This document shows positions 39,530 through 52,829 of a stretch of 64,000 nt of DNA, piece by piece; position 1 is the first letter of the stretch, and each line of letters begins with the position of its first letter. The stretch spans positions 46,872,001 to 46,936,000 of the forward strand of contig NC_043013.1 of NCBI RefSeq assembly GCF_006345805.1, read 5' to 3'. Below the pieces are notes generated by a model that did no database searches, had not been told where the DNA came from, and worked only from the letters and a program-made list of their open reading frames with translations. The stretch comes from Octopus sinensis (Eukaryota). A program made the translations under genes and the position numbers.

Positions 39530-40405
39530 CAGTGTGTCCCGAAATTAAGGTAAATTAAATTTCGGGCTTTAATAACTATCAATAAACGTGATTAAATATG
39601 AAAATTATACATCATTAAAGGAGCTTAATGTGTTCAAGACTAAATAACTTTAGTTTAAAACTAAATAAATTTTTGTTTCAAACTAAATAAATTTAGATTT
39701 ATATAATTTGGAGAATAGCTATAAACCGGAATACAATCATAACCCTTCACAAATGATGAGAAAGTTAAACACCTATAGCAAAAAAGCTTAAAACGAACCG
39801 AACAATATTCTGAAAAATTCTAAGAGACTGGGTCCATTGCTGATCGACCAGGACGTGGCCGAAAACGAAGTGTGCGAGTCCCTCAGCTTATCAAAAGTAT
39901 CAGAGAAAGGATATGGCGAAATCCTCATCGTTCCGTCAGAAAACTGTCTGCCACAGCAAGAATAAACCGAACATGAATGTATCGAGTGCTGAAGGATGTC
40001 TCAGGACCCACCCCTACGAGATGATCCGTACTCATGAGCTCACGCAAGTTCATAAGGCCGTGAGACTGGAGAGAAATCGTCTTATCTTGCGTCAGATTGC
40101 TGAAGACACGTTACCCAACCTGGTGTTCACTGATGAAAAGAAGTTTGACATCGAACAGACAGTAAACCATCAGAATGACCGAGTTTGAAATGTATCCGAC
40201 TCCGTCGAGAGTAGACTCGTAAATCAAGGTCAAAATCCACTGCCATTTGTTGTTTGGGCGGCTGTGACATCTACTGGAAGGTTGTCCCTCGTTTATGTGC
40301 TCTCGGGTGTGAAAATTTACACCCAGCGATACTTTAGCGACATTCTAGACGCTGAGCTGCTTCCGTGTGCAAATGAGCAATTTTAAGGTGCACCTTGAAG
40401 CCTGG
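39530..40405 (+). pseudogene. Tc1/mariner-superfamily transposase relic (maT/DD37D-like), 3' truncated
   Basis: TA-CAGTGTGTCCC terminus; translations IRERIWRNPHRSVRKL, LVFTDEKKFDIEQTVNHQNDRV, VVWAAVTSTGRLSLVYV..GVKI; stops and frameshifts. Confidence 0.85.
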
Positions 40406-40941
40406 TTATAAATTGAAGAGCATTTTACCTCATTGTTTGGCGAGAATGAAGACGGTAGGCACCATACAAAACTAGTTCTGGCTGAAAGTCAGATTGTCTG
40501 CGAGCTTTGAATGACAATGTACACTACAAAGGTTTTATCGCATTCTAAGAAAACATGTTTAAAAATGCGTCCTTTTAATAACTGACCTACTGTATTAACT
40601 GCTTTACTAAGTAATTTTATAAAACATATTTCTTTTATTCTATTGAGTTATTGGGTCGATTTAATCTTCTAAAGCCATTCAACGAGGTTTAACCTTTGCA
40701 TGAATGAAGTCCAGTGACTGAAACAAGTAAGAAGAAACGATTAGACACACTGACACACACGCTCGCGCACGCAGCTTTATATTTGGATATCTCGGTCATA
40801 TACGATCACTCTTCAATAAAATAATCAATAGATCTTATAGTGATCAGTTTATATATATATATATTTATTTGAATATAATCTCTACGGATAAACCATCAGT
40901 TTCAGACTGTGTTTGCAGAACTTATCATGTGTAAATATATA

Positions 40942-41230
40942 CCAGGTTGAGTCAAAAGTTTTTCCGTATTTCGGGCTTTAATTAATAGATCCGGCAGATT
41001 ACATACGGAAAATGTGTATTGAGGAAAATATTCCCCATCATATTCTATTGTCTGTTGCCATCGTTGTGCTAAAAGCTCAATTCCACGCTTGTACCATCTG
41101 ACTGTAAAGTGGTAAAAAGCTTCCTACAAACAGAGTTTTGCTCATCCACATTGTTGAACCTCCTTCCTTGCAGAAAATGCGTCGCGGCTCGAAGAAGGTG
41201 GTCATCTAATGGTGCAAGATCTGGACAGAC
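40942..41230 (-). pseudogene. mariner transposase 3' end with TIR
   Basis: Minus strand encodes PDLAPLDDHLL..HFLQGRRFNNVDE and WYKRGIELLAQRWQQTIEYDGEYF; terminus TA-CCAGGTTGAGTCAAAAG. Confidence 0.85.
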
Positions 41231-41467
41231 TAAGATTTTGGAGCCTGGTCGGAACTAAGTTGCTGATTTCGCTTATTTGGATTATGACAATGGGTTCATT
41301 CTCTGTCCCCTGTTACAATTCGACGCCAAAAAACGGACATCTCGAGAATTAGTCAGAAATTGTTTGCAAAAGCTCACATGTCGTTGACCTGGTCTTAGGT
41401 CAGTTCGGGAAGAGCTCGACAGCGTCTGTTCACAAGACAAAGCTTACAGAAGTGTCAATTTTTATTA

Positions 41468-41672
41468 TTGACACAAGCATGAAATTTGGGGGGGGGGCAG
41501 AGTGTTTGTGGATGACATCGACCCAATTGCTCAACTGCTACTTATTTCATCGATCTCGAAAGGATGAAAGGCAAAGTCAACCTTGCACGAAATTTGAACT
41601 CAGAATGTAAAAACGGTTGAAATGCCGCTAAGTATTTTGTCCAGCGTGCTAGCGATTCTGCCAGCTTGCCGC
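41468..41672 (-). mobile_element. Meta/MESC-like SINE
   Basis: Family head and core. Confidence 0.8.
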
Positions 41673-42897
41673 GTACCAGAGTAATTAATTATACGATTAG
41701 ACAGTCTATGTAGTAATTACGAGATTTAGCAAGTGACCACTCTAAGCTCCAATCATAAAACAGAAACTGCTCATAATATCAACAACTAATCGAATCCAAG
41801 AATAAAAATGATCAACTGCAGCCAATCAAGTCAATCGATAGATCCACATGTTGATAATTATTGTAACTTTCAATCAATATTTTCCCCTTTATTGTCTTGT
41901 TTAATACAAGAATCATATATTTATCTTAGAAAATAAAATTTAAACGTGATAATGAAATATTAACGTCGCTCCTCCTACGCCGATGTAAAAGCGTGTAAGC
42001 TGAGGTCAAACTATCATGAAATATTATAAATATTTGAATATCTTCGTAAAGAGGAAAATAATTAGTTTTAAAACTCTGAACGAGAGATAAGTATTAACAA
42101 TACTACAGAGTAAATTCTATTTGCCAACGTAAAATGGCAGTCCTGATTAGGACGATGCAACCACATTTTTTAGCCCTAATAAACTATTATGGTTCCTGAA
42201 AGTGGTTATACATTCTACGGACTGCTCAGATTTTACTAACTGTAGGAAGTTAGTAAGATTCTATCAGTCCATAGAAAGTATAAAAAAAAACAAAACTTTC
42301 AGGAACAATAATAGTTTATTGGCGCAGAAGGTTGCATGTTTTTCCCATATCGAAGTTCGATACGCTGAAAAGTTATTTTATGGTTCACGGTAATAATCTA
42401 GATTTATGAATGCGAATAAAAATCCAACGAGGGAATGAATTGAGGGAATGAAGTAGGTAAGGTACATGTGTTTCTTAGTTAGCAGAACCCCAGAAGTAAT
42501 AATTATTTAACATATGTATGCTGGATTTTCACCTACTCCATCCCTTAACATCAGTCATCAGCCGACAACGGTAGCCAATAAAATTAAATAGGCCCTATAT
42601 TTGCATATCCCTAACGTTACTATAAACGAATTTAAAAGATATATATACATATGTGTGTCTATACATACATACATACAACATACATTACATACATACATAC
42701 ATACATACATACTATATATATAATATATATATATATATAATATATATATAGATATATATATATATATAGATATATATATATATATACGACGCATAAGTTA
42801 TACGCTTTTTGCTCTGTTTATTTACAATACAGTATTTCCATTTATTAAATAACGGAACGCAATGCACCCCGGATTTTATTAACACCTATATATATAT

Positions 42898-42967
<70 letters not shown>

Positions 42968-44743
42968 AATATAATATATAGGATGATCCTGATTGGAGCA
43001 TCTTAAATACCACAGTCTTCTTTGATCGGTCGGAGGTGTCCTGGGGCTAAACGACCTCCACTGGTCTGGTGATTATATAAATGAGATCTTAAAACAAACT
43101 TTTATTCAAAAGCTTTCACTTTTCATTAAGCAAAAATCGAACCGATCAATGGTGATAGGTTTGAAACTTTTACTCGCTGAACACCAACAGCCTTGTCAAT
43201 GTAACTAAGCAGTTATCTACAGTCGGACATTTTGCATCGCTATTCTCAGATGAAACAGTCTGTTCACTGGATTTCTTTCACCGTTTTTCTGGTTCTGATC
43301 GTTTGACTTTATCGCTCTGTTGGTTTATTTTGATTTAATTTGTTGTTTAATTTAGATTTACCCAACACAGTACCACTGCCGACTTGTTTGTAGGTTTCCA
43401 ATCGATCAAGTACCTACATCTGCACGCACGCACACACACACAAACACAATAACACACACACATACACACACGCACACACACAAACACACACAAACACACA
43501 CACACTCACACACACACGCACACACTCACACACACGCGCGCGCACACACACACACACCACACACAAATACACACACACGCTCTCTCTCTCTCCCACACTC
43601 GCAATCACACACACTCTCTCGCTCTCTCTCTCTCCCACACACGCAATCACACACACATTCTCTCTCTCGCTCTCTCTCTCCCACACACGCTCACAGGCTC
43701 CCACACGCATATATACATATGCACACAAACACACACACGCACGCAGAAACACAAACTTTCCTACACATACTCGCATATATAATAAAACTAACAGTGCAAC
43801 GGGAAGGTGGCTAAATTTGAAATCTCATAAAGATACATTTCAAACAAAAGACATCTAAAAGATTTCCAACTATATTTAACCGTCTACTTCCAGAAAAGAA
43901 TGGTGGTTTATAGGTGAGAAGAGAAAATATATAATACCACCATCGCGGAAACATAAATATTTGCGTCCTTTTATATCGTATTTTCTAGGAAACGGTTCCA
44001 AGCGTTGAATTCATTACTTCAACCGGTGTAATGAACACACAACCAACCATTAGCTCTCCTTCCTTTCATCTTTTACTTATTGATTCTATAAATCATATTA
44101 AAAATAATCATTAAACAAAAGACAAAGTAAACAGTGAATTTATTGCTCGTTTGGTGAAGGAGATCAAAGCGTCTGCACATTGTCAAATAGGTACCGTTTG
44201 TTGTACAGTTGTAAAGAGTCTAGAAGTTACGAACAACTGAGCAGAGTAGAAGATAGGTTCTAACACCCAGAATTATTTCTAGGATCAGTTGTTCTGGCAC
44301 AGAAACTAGATGATTCTTTTATTTACAATTCAATTACTGATTTCTTTTGTTCTTTAAACTCTAAACAAAACCTTTCCCAAACATGATATTTGGGTATTTA
44401 ACGTGTGAAAAGCTCTTAGCATTTCAATCTAATCACCGTAATGCAATGTTACTGCACAACCTTTAGTCAGTTGAAAATAGAAAGTTTATGAATCAGCAGG
44501 TAAAATAGCAATGTTTGGAAACTTAGTAAGAATCAAAGAATCGATTATAACCTTACATAAACATCGATCCCCTTAGTGTCCTTAAAATATAATAATAAAT
44601 TATTGGATTATCATAACTAAATTATCCTAATAAATATGTCTTCTAATTTTAGCAATTAAAAAAAAAGCCATAAAAATCAACCATACACATAAAAAATAGT
44701 ATCATTAACAACTCGTTAGTTTCTTACTACTGTTGCTGCTGTT

Positions 44744-45095
44744 GAGCGAGCGAAGCGGCCTTCATCCCAGAGCTCGCAGTCCGAATTGTGGTCCTTTGCT
44801 ATTCGTAAGACCCGCAGAAGAGAAAGCAGGTCAACCCCCGACACCGAGAGCATCGACGAATGCGCATCCAGGCTCAGCGGTTGCGTAGGAAGTCGGGGAC
44901 AAGAAACAGGAAGATAGAGGGACAGAAAGTTGGAGCGAAAGAGTACAACAGGGGTCGCCACCACCCCCTGTCGTAGCCTGGTGGAGCTTTAGGTGTTTTC
45001 GCTCAATAAACACACACAACGCTCGGTCTGGGAATCGAAACCGCGATCTTCCGACCGCGAGTCCGCTGCCCTAACCACTGGGCCATTGCGCCTCC
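44744..45095 (-). mobile_element. tRNA-derived SINE, head 1 + tail B
   Basis: Same head/tail junction (~44901) and tail as 24414-24795; flanked by CTG/TTG repeats on both sides. Confidence 0.9.
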
Positions 45096-45484
45096 TGCTG
45101 ATGCTGCTGCTATTGTTGATGTCGCTGTCGTTGCAGCCATTCGATTCATGACCACCTCGTCTATTTAGGAATATTTAGAGTACATTATATAATGCATTTA
45201 CCCGTGTTTAAGACGGTGTGTAATCTGAAGATTTAACTGCTACTTCTAGCTTAACAAGCCCCTTTATTGGTATATTAGAGTACCATGGGGAGGTAACTTA
45301 GGGGACAGCTTAGAGCAGAGTGAGTACATTACTCAAGAGTGCGAGAATAGATTAACACTGTTTATAAAAGTATGATTGGAAGGTACTATTATTATATAAT
45401 TATAAGGCATTATTTTTTATAAGGTAGCATTATTATAAAGTTGTATTACAAATATTGCTATAAAATAAGGTATTACGAAGTATT

Positions 45485-45860
45485 GTGGAGGTGCAATGGC
45501 CCAGTGGTTAGGGCAGCGGACTCGCGGTCGTAGGATCGCGGTTTCGATTCTCAAACCGGGCATTGCGAGTGTTTATTGAACGAAAACACCTAAAACTACA
45601 CAATACTCTGGCAGGAAGTAGTGGCGGATCCTGCTGTACTCTTTCACCACAACTTTCTCTTACTATTTCTTCCTGTTTCTGTTGTACCTATTGTATTTCG
45701 AAGGGCCAGCATTGTCACACTTTTTGTCACACTGAATCTCCCCTGAGAACTACGTTAAGGGTAAGTGTGTCTGTGGAGTGCTCAGTCAATTGCACGTTAA
45801 TCTCACGAGCATGCTGTTCCGTTGATCGGATCAACTGGAACCTTCGTCGTCGTAACAGAA
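45485..45860 (+). mobile_element. tRNA-derived SINE, head 1 + tail A (older copy)
   Basis: Family head and tail; degenerate ~36-bp TSD AAATATTG(C/T)TATAAAATAAG.. at ~45449-45484 and ~45880-45917. Confidence 0.88.
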
Positions 45861-46112
45861 GAAGAAAAAGTATTAATGTAAATATTGTTATAAAATAAGA
45901 TGCTATTATAAAGTATTATTATAGCATAAGGCAGTAGAAGACATATTTGTTTTCCTTTAGTGATCACGGGGCTTTCGATTAAAACATTCAGATTGCAAAT
46001 GTCATGGTGATATACTTTTATTTTTTTCCATACGAAAACAGTTTCTTCTGACACTGGTTTCTTTGAGGTCGACTGATTTATATTCGAAAGCCATGTCTCT
46101 AGTGTAAGAATG

Positions 46113-46352
46113 ACGGAGTCTTTACGTTCTGAGTTCAAATTCTATCGAGGTAAACTTTGCATTTCATCCTTTTGGGTTCGATTAAATAAGTACCAGTTGA
46201 GTACAGGGTCAATAGAGTCGACTGCACCCACCCTACGAAGTTGCTGACGTTGTGCCAAAATATGAAACCAATAGTTCCTGTTTGTTACACGATTCGGTAG
46301 CCACTAAGCTCTTTACCCGGTGTGCTAACGATTTTCCCAGCTCACTACCTTA
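46113..46352. mobile_element. Meta/MESC-like SINE body (+) followed by an inverted head piece
   Basis: 46113-46271 is B-box to tail on +; ~46300-46352 is a 5' head on -. Confidence 0.7.
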
Positions 46353-47273
46353 GAACCAGAATGTATTAACATGATATCACAGTATTTGTTATATCAGACT
46401 TTGGATAAAGACCAAATTATAGAATAGGAAAAATTGGTTGCTGCATAATACGTGCATCCTGTGCTGCAACCGTGACTGGAACCTAAAAGGACAATAATGA
46501 ACCATGTTTGGTGTCTTGTGTCTATGACTGATCGAAAATGCTTTATTATTTCCACAGAAATCCATAATTGTAGTTAATTACTTTTAGTTGTATATATCTT
46601 CCAGTTCTACAAGACAGTAGGGGATTACACTATTATTTAAAAACACAATCTTAAAATCAAATAAAAATTAAAAACTTCTTGAAATTTGTTTAATATCTAG
46701 CAAATTGTTATAGAACGACAACACAGACAATACATTTGAAACTGGTGCAAATGGCAACAACACGGTTAAAATTCATATTTCAGGGTACAAATTATACATT
46801 TTCACATATTCAAAATTATATTTCAGAAGTGTCATCCATAGAGAACTTCTCTGATTTTTTTTCTTACACCAGAATAGCTTATCTATATTCACCCAAACAC
46901 AACGACTTTCTAACACAGACAAAACATCTGTGTGGTGTTAATCACGAATCCATTAATATCAGATGTCATAATTCTTGAAAGGAAAAAGTAAGCGAATCAG
47001 CTTCTCTTGTATCTCTTTTCGTAATATTTTCTAAGTAATCGTCAGATTAGAAATGTGTTTGTAATCCTTTTCTTGTCGTTAAGTCTGTCAGGTTGTTTTA
47101 ATTTAACAAGTTTATGATGGCAGATTTTGGTTAAATATGGCTAAAACTGTAGTTATGTAATTTTATGTAAAAACAATTTGTTATAGTATTTTGTAGGAGA
47201 GAAGTGCTAGATGATTATTTTTTATCAAACTGTAATATATCAGCTAGGCTATTTACTGCCATTAGATGCAGGC

Positions 47274-47275
<2 letters not shown>

Positions 47276-47304
<29 letters not shown>

Positions 47305-47533
47305 TGTATGTATGTATGTATGTATGTATGTATGTATGTATGTATGTATGTATGTATGTATGTATGTATGTATGTATGTATGCATGCATGCATGTATGTA
47401 TGTATGTATGTATGTATGCATGTATGTATGTATGCATGCATGCATGCATGCATGTATGTATGTATGTATGCATGTATGTATGTATGTATGCATGTATGTA
47501 TGTATGTATGCATGTATGTATGTATGTATGTAT
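47276..47533. repeat. (ATGT)n/(ATGC)n microsatellite
   Basis: Direct reading; source of the MYVC/HTYI ORFs. Confidence 0.95.
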
Positions 47534-47633
47534 TGCTGTGTAGTTAAGAAGCTCGCTTTGCAGGCGAATAATTTCGGGTTCAAATCTCATTGGATGGTAT
47601 GTGTGTCTGTTAGTACGTGTATATATATGCACT

Positions 47634-47836
47634 AGCCGCCATGATAGATCGTTTGCCACTACACACATTTTTTTCTCTCCTTGTTTCTCTCCTTGTTTTT
47701 TTCTGTGGCCCTTTCTGTGGAAGAGCGTAGGCTAGAAACGTAAAAGACTTTTTCTATTCCTGAGCGTTATACTAATATCCCTGTTTGTTTTTTACACTAC
47801 CTGTCTTCGTCTTTTGTTTTTTTCATAAACTCTCCC
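47634..47836 (+). mobile_element. Family A HHR-bearing element nested in the internal microsatellite of a decayed CORE-type SINE (~47533-48040)
   Basis: HHR-like motif at 47711-47746 (CUUU-CUGUGGA-A-GAGC-GUAG-GCUA-GAAAC-GUA-AAAG); SINE head to the left, CATGGCCGCAGTC tail to the right. Confidence 0.75.
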
Positions 47837-49196
47837 TACATATATATATGCATATGTGAGTAAGTCTTTGTACTTGTTAGTTTACATCACACTATTCTTG
47901 CGATTCAGCAAAAAAAAAAAAAAAAAAGTCTGACTGAATTAGATACTATAATTTAAAATCCAAGTACTAGAGTCGGTTGAGCATTTTCATGCAATACTCC
48001 AACATGGCCGCAGTCCAGTCACGCAGACGACTAAAAGAATAGAGACGCATGCACGCACACACAAACGCGCACACACACATACATACACACATATATGTAA
48101 ATGCTTTCATGTATACGTTGCTGACAATTATTTATTTGAGAGACTGTGAATAAAGAGAGAGACATAGATCAACCGTAATAAGAAGCGGAACATGAAATCT
48201 AACGATGTTTGTCTCTCTACGATGAAGTTTTATAAAAGAATACTTAAGTCAGAAACGAATAACGTTGCGTGTAATTCATTTGGTTATCTTTAAACGATGA
48301 CAGCGAGTAAGATGCTATCAGATCAACTAATTCTTGTATAAACATTCGATCCATTACCATAACAGTAATAATATTGAGTAAAACGATTGCGGATGGTCAC
48401 GCCAATGAAAAGAAGAAAATGGCTCGCAATAACAAATCCAACAACATAAGTGATACAAAAAAAAAATAATAAAATAAAACAACAAAAAAACATTCACAAT
48501 GATAATACTAACAATGGAAGAATTATAATTGGGATGTAAAATTTTTGGTGTGGGAGGAACTTTTAGAGGAGAAGTAGACATGCTTAAAGTGGTATTGATG
48601 GCGAAAACACGTTGGCGGCAGAAATTATGCGTTATTCTTGAAATAAGAGAATGTCTTTAAATAGTTTGGTAAAAATGTATGTAAAAATAAAGAAAAACCC
48701 CCCACGAAAATATCCTCAAAATGCCAGGCAATAATCGAGATAAAGGCATTATTATTGGTGCCAAATCTTTATCTTATAGTTTCCATAAACGTGTGTGTGT
48801 GTGTGTATATATATATATACATATATATGTGTGTGTGTATGTGTATGTGTGTGTGTGTGTATGTATGTATATTTATATATATATATATATATATAATATA
48901 TATATACATATATATATATATTATATATATATAATATATATATATATAATATATTATATATATATATATATTATATATATATATATCTATATATATAATA
49001 TATATATATATACACATATATATATATATATATGTATACCCACATACACGAAAATATGCATTTATATACATTAATATATACATATATAGTCATTCATAGA
49101 TACACACGCGCGTACTTATATATTATATATATATATATATATATACATACACACATATATATAATGTGCAATACATACATATATATACATATATAT

Positions 49197-49251
<55 letters not shown>

Positions 49252-52200
49252 TATATATATATATATATGTTATATATATATGTATACTGACACATACATA
49301 ATAAACGTATACGCACATATGTGTTTGCATAGATACGGACACACACACATATGTATATATATATATATATATGAAAAAGTAAAAAAAAAGACAACAATTG
49401 TGACACGCGCATCGTCGAGTAGCTGGTTATTGGTCTTCTATTTATTTCTGCACCGTCTTTTTCTTGTATCATTTGATCACGGCTTACACAATAAATAGAA
49501 CAGTTTTTCTCTTCAGTCTGTGGAATTGTGTGTTACTGCTGGATATTCCTTCTTTGTTAGATCGCAGCAGTGTCGGTGGGGGAGAAACAAAACAGAAAGC
49601 GATAAGACGAGGAAGGAGATTAGACAAAAACGAAAGCCAGCAATGGTGAGAGAAACACACACAAGCCACCTTCTCTGTCTTTCTCCCTTTCATTGTGTCT
49701 CGCTCCCCCCCCACCTTCTCTCTCTCTCTCTGGCTCTCTCTCTCTCTCTCGTCGTCTCCCTCTCCGTCTCACCCTTTCTCCCTCACTCTCATTGTAAAAC
49801 ACGAAGACATTCTAGTGTGGAACCCCCCACCAGCTTACCACCGCACACTTTCAGTAAGAGAGAACAAAGACTTGATTAGTTACGACGGTAATCATTTCAA
49901 CCACCATATCTTCCTCCACCACCACGCCCACATCGCCAACGTCCCCCCCACACACACACAGACACCCCCACCATCATCCAACCCCCACCATCACCACCAC
50001 TTACACCACCACCACCACCACCACCACTACCACCACCACCGATTCCGCCGCCACCACTACCCTTCTACAGTCGCCATCACAATCCATTCATCGCTAAAAA
50101 CTACAACTAAAAACAGCAAAACAGTAACAGCACAAATATAGTGTTTTGAAGTGTGTAATTTTTCATAGATTTTCTACCAATTTGTATATAGATGGTAAAA
50201 TTAGTGAAGAACGCAAGGTGCCTGTGGAGTGGGAATGTTTGAGAAGAGATGGGAAGAGTCGTGATGTTGGGATGTGTGGGTTATACAGCAATAAAAAGTA
50301 GATTGCAAATTCAATGGCATCGCGTTAGCATACCACATGTAACATTATATAGCAAAGATATAGTAATATAGAATAAGAGATACTTTAATTTATCAGATAT
50401 AACAAGTGCCATATCTGAGTAGCGTGATAGCACTATGTTATGTCGTCTACATAAAACTACAGTTAATATGTCAATCAAAGTGAAGAGATTAATTTGACTG
50501 AATCTCTGTAAATACATCAAAGATATCCGATGGATACTAATTTCTCTGTCTTAATTGTTGAAAGTCATTGAAATGGAATTGAGCTGGACACGTCACAAGG
50601 ATGACTGACAACAGTTGAAGAAAAGAAGCTGACAAACAGAATTTCAAAAGAGCACAAAAGTAAAGAAGATGGCGATTTGATAGAGAGAAAATAGAGATAA
50701 GAAACTCAAACCCATAAGTTGATAGAGATACAAGAAAGTAAAGGATATCGATAAACCATTTTGTTCTTAATGACACAAACGTTGTTTGCAAAAAAAAACA
50801 AGAAATAAATTAAGTAGTTAGCTTTAATGAGCAAACAATTACTGCCGTTCGTTTAGTGAAACGGACCATGCATAAGTCAGCTTGAGGATCTTGTAAAGCT
50901 GTTCAATAACACAATTGCGTAACCTGGAAATGTTCTAATAAGACACCACATCTCAATTAGTGATGATGGATATCTCTCACATCCTATGAACTATAAGGGT
51001 ATTACAATATTGTCACCTCTCCTAAAATATTTTATACTTGTGTTAACTCACTTCGCATTCACACGCCATCGATGACGCCATACTTCAATAATTCCTCTTA
51101 CGCATATTGTCCAGATTAAAATCATACAGTTCTCTCCACACTCACACATTCCCTACAAAGCGGAATTTTAAATTATCTTTGCATTTGGAACTTGACAACT
51201 TAATTTTCCCATCTTCGAAACAACCGATCATGTTCCATCAGTGAATAATATAAGACTAAACACACCATCACTAATTGTGATCCTTTCTTGAAGACCTTTG
51301 CATTGTTCAATTTGCCAAACTTTTGATGAGAATCACAAATAGCTAAGACCATTCTGCTACATTCCAAATTGCAGGTGTTCGTAATTTTATTCACATAACT
51401 GCCATGTGACTTACATCACTCACAAATAAGACTGGAAATAGGAAAACTTTTAATGTAATAAAAAAATCTCTGGCCGACGTAAGATTAAGATTAATGTAAT
51501 AAATAAATAACGCTGAAGCAAAGTAACACCAAATATATAATGCGTGTGTTTTTATTGGCTAAACAGGCAAAATGACCATTCCTAAATACAACAAAAAAAT
51601 GTTACCTTCATATTTACTCTATATTTTCTCTAATTTTTCTGTAGTTTAGAATTCAATTTCTTCTTGAACCCAGGCAATACATTCACTTCAGTATTTAAAC
51701 ACTTTCTTTCTATCATCATTTTGTTCTTTTTATAAATTAAATCTAATCACTCTTCCTGCATAATAAGAGCAACTACGATTGTATGTCATTCTAAAGAGAC
51801 ACAAGACTGTATCCTTTATTGACAAAAGAGACTGTAACATTTTATTTGTTTTATAACAATTTAAAGTATACATACATATATGTATCTCTGATTTAATGAT
51901 ATCCAAGCTACATTTTTGACAATATCTTTGTTTCTCTACTTCTCTTAATGCTGTAGTCGATCACAGAGCAATGAAAATATCTTGATATTCGTTAGCATCT
52001 GTATGTATCATAAAGTTGGCAGTAATGTTGATTAATTCATAGTGAACTCTTAGTAAAGAGAATAAATCATTATTTAAATAACAAATTCTAGTTAATAAAT
52101 ACATGGAAGGAAACTGCGCAATATGAATTGCATATTTAATTAATTTTTATTACTTCAAATTTCTAAACTAACTAGACTTAAAGTAAGCTGGAACTTTACA

Positions 52201-52293
52201 ACAAAATTTTCCTGCAGTATGTGTCCTTGTGTATTTTCCTCACTCATTTATGTCTGTTTGCGTATATATATATATATTATATATATATATATA

Positions 52294-52463
52294 GGGAGAG
52301 TTTACGAAAAAAGCAAAAGACGAAGACAGGTGGTGTACAAAACAAACAGATGTATTAGTATAACGCTCAGGAATAGAAAAAGTCTTTTACGTTTCGAGCC
52401 TACGCCCTTCTACAGAAAGGGACACAGAAAAAAACAAGGAGAGAAAAAATGTGTGTAGTGGCT
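52294..52463 (-). mobile_element. Family A HHR-bearing element
   Basis: Copy of 794-973; HHR-like motif at 52384-52419 with CUGUAGA core. Confidence 0.78.
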
Positions 52464-52579
52464 ATATATGTTTATTGGTAAAAATGGTAAGACAACAAAA
52501 GAATGAAAGAGACCTCGATATTATGTAAATAGAGGAATTTATCTGTAAATGTAATATGTAACAATTATTCGGTAGCCAT

Positions 52580-52640
52580 GATAAAACACCGAGTTTCGGA
52601 TGCCGAGGTGGAAATCCACGTGGCCATCTCTTCAGTTATC
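52580..52640 (-). ncRNA. Type-I hammerhead motif (canonical core) in family C element (~52477-52655)
   Basis: GAUAA-CUGAAGA-GAUGGCCACGUGGA(UU)UCCACCUCGGCAUCC-GAAAC-UCGGU-GUU-UUAUC; stem I 5 bp perfect. Confidence 0.75.
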
Positions 52641-52829
52641 CGGCCATCGGAAATGTATGTATATATGCATATAATACTATCTTATACAATATAACATATA
52701 GAAGAAGGCAGCATAATTAGTAAAAATATGTAATCATAAATAGTAAAATAATTAGAAAATTTCCAATGAAATTAGTATACTGCTTTCCTCATATTAATTT
52801 GTTTTCATCAGAAATACTTTTAATATATT

